Shown: positions 63,311 to 64,000 of the stretch, piece after piece
How positions within the stretch are numbered: position 1 is the first letter of the stretch
How the letters are laid out: each line of letters starts with the position of its first letter
Source of the DNA: Felis catus
Lineage: Eukaryota
Assembly (NCBI RefSeq): GCF_018350175.1
Contig: NC_058368.1
Coordinates: 234,176,001-234,240,000, forward strand
DNA: 64,000 nt
Direction: 5' to 3'
Translations under genes and position numbers: made by a program
The notes under the pieces: generated by a model
Databases searched by the model: none
Told to the model about the DNA's origin: nothing
The model's input: only the letters and a program-made list of their open reading frames with translations

Positions 63311-63837
63311 GATCATTAAGTATATAAATTAAAACAATGGTGGGTATTGCAAGCCCACTGGACTGGATTGCACACAGACATTATGAATCTGTTCTCCTCA
63401 ATTATGTCCTGTCTGAGAGAAGGATCCATAAACTGTGTAGGCGCACATGTGTGTGTTCCTGTCGGTGCAGAATAAAGGAAAGAACTCGCGAGTGTTGTGA
63501 TTCGCCTTATCGGTTTCCGGGTGGTGATTTTACATGTCTTGTCTCTATCTCGCAAGAAGCAGGTAACAGAGCCATTCTTTCGTCCGTGTAACATAAAACA
63601 AGAAGTCCAAGAAGAACTCAAGAGCAGCCAGGCGTGTTCCTCCTGTCCTCCTGCACTGGGCCACCCTCTGGATGACGAGGACTCACCACAGTTCTCTCCT
63701 GATGGAGGGACCCCACTGTCACATCGGGATGGCTGTCGGCCACCAGCACCTTAGCTCAAAATGATGATTTTGACCAGAGGAACTCTAAAGCCCCATATTG
63801 GCATCTGTATTTTATAGTGCAGAAGAAATGCTGGTCA

Positions 63838-63941
63838 AAGGAGGAAGAGAACAAGGAGAAGAAGAAAGGGAAGAAAAAGACAAGGAGGAGAGGAAGAGAA
63901 GGAGGGGAGAGGAGAAGAAGAAGAAAGAAACAGAAACAACA
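63838..63941. repeat. GA-rich low-complexity polypurine tract
   Basis: Directly visible. Confidence 0.9.
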
Positions 63942-64000
63942 GTCCGCTAGTCTACGACATTTATGTCAAAGGAACAAATAAGCAGAACTGTGAGAAAACA

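Noticed and set aside
1..64000. Prokaryotic-style systems (CRISPR array, operon, defence island, prophage)
   Set aside because: The sequence is repeat-rich felid DNA with no dense ORFs and no regularly spaced repeat-spacer array; the recurring ~200-bp unit is a dispersed SINE

Overview
This is mammalian, not microbial, DNA and is very likely from a cat (Felidae). It holds about 35 copies of the carnivore tRNA-derived Can-SINE, several with the diagnostic bases of the young feline SINEC_Fc type. It also holds fossil L1, L2 and MIR fragments, many MaLR (MLT1) and ERVL (MLT2) LTRs, one ERV1-type solo LTR, a Tigger-like MITE and microsatellites. I recognise no protein-coding exon, RNA gene, CRISPR array or operon; the ORF track is explained by repeats and chance. 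The window reads as a long intron or intergenic region. I found no convincing undescribed biological system. The best leads are modest: a candidate minus-strand non-coding exon behind a long AG-free pyrimidine tract, a few repeat-free motif-rich blocks that may be enhancers, CTCF-like motifs, and informative repeat architecture. Repeat family names come from recalled consensus features rather than a database search, and boundaries of old repeats are approximate (tens of bases).
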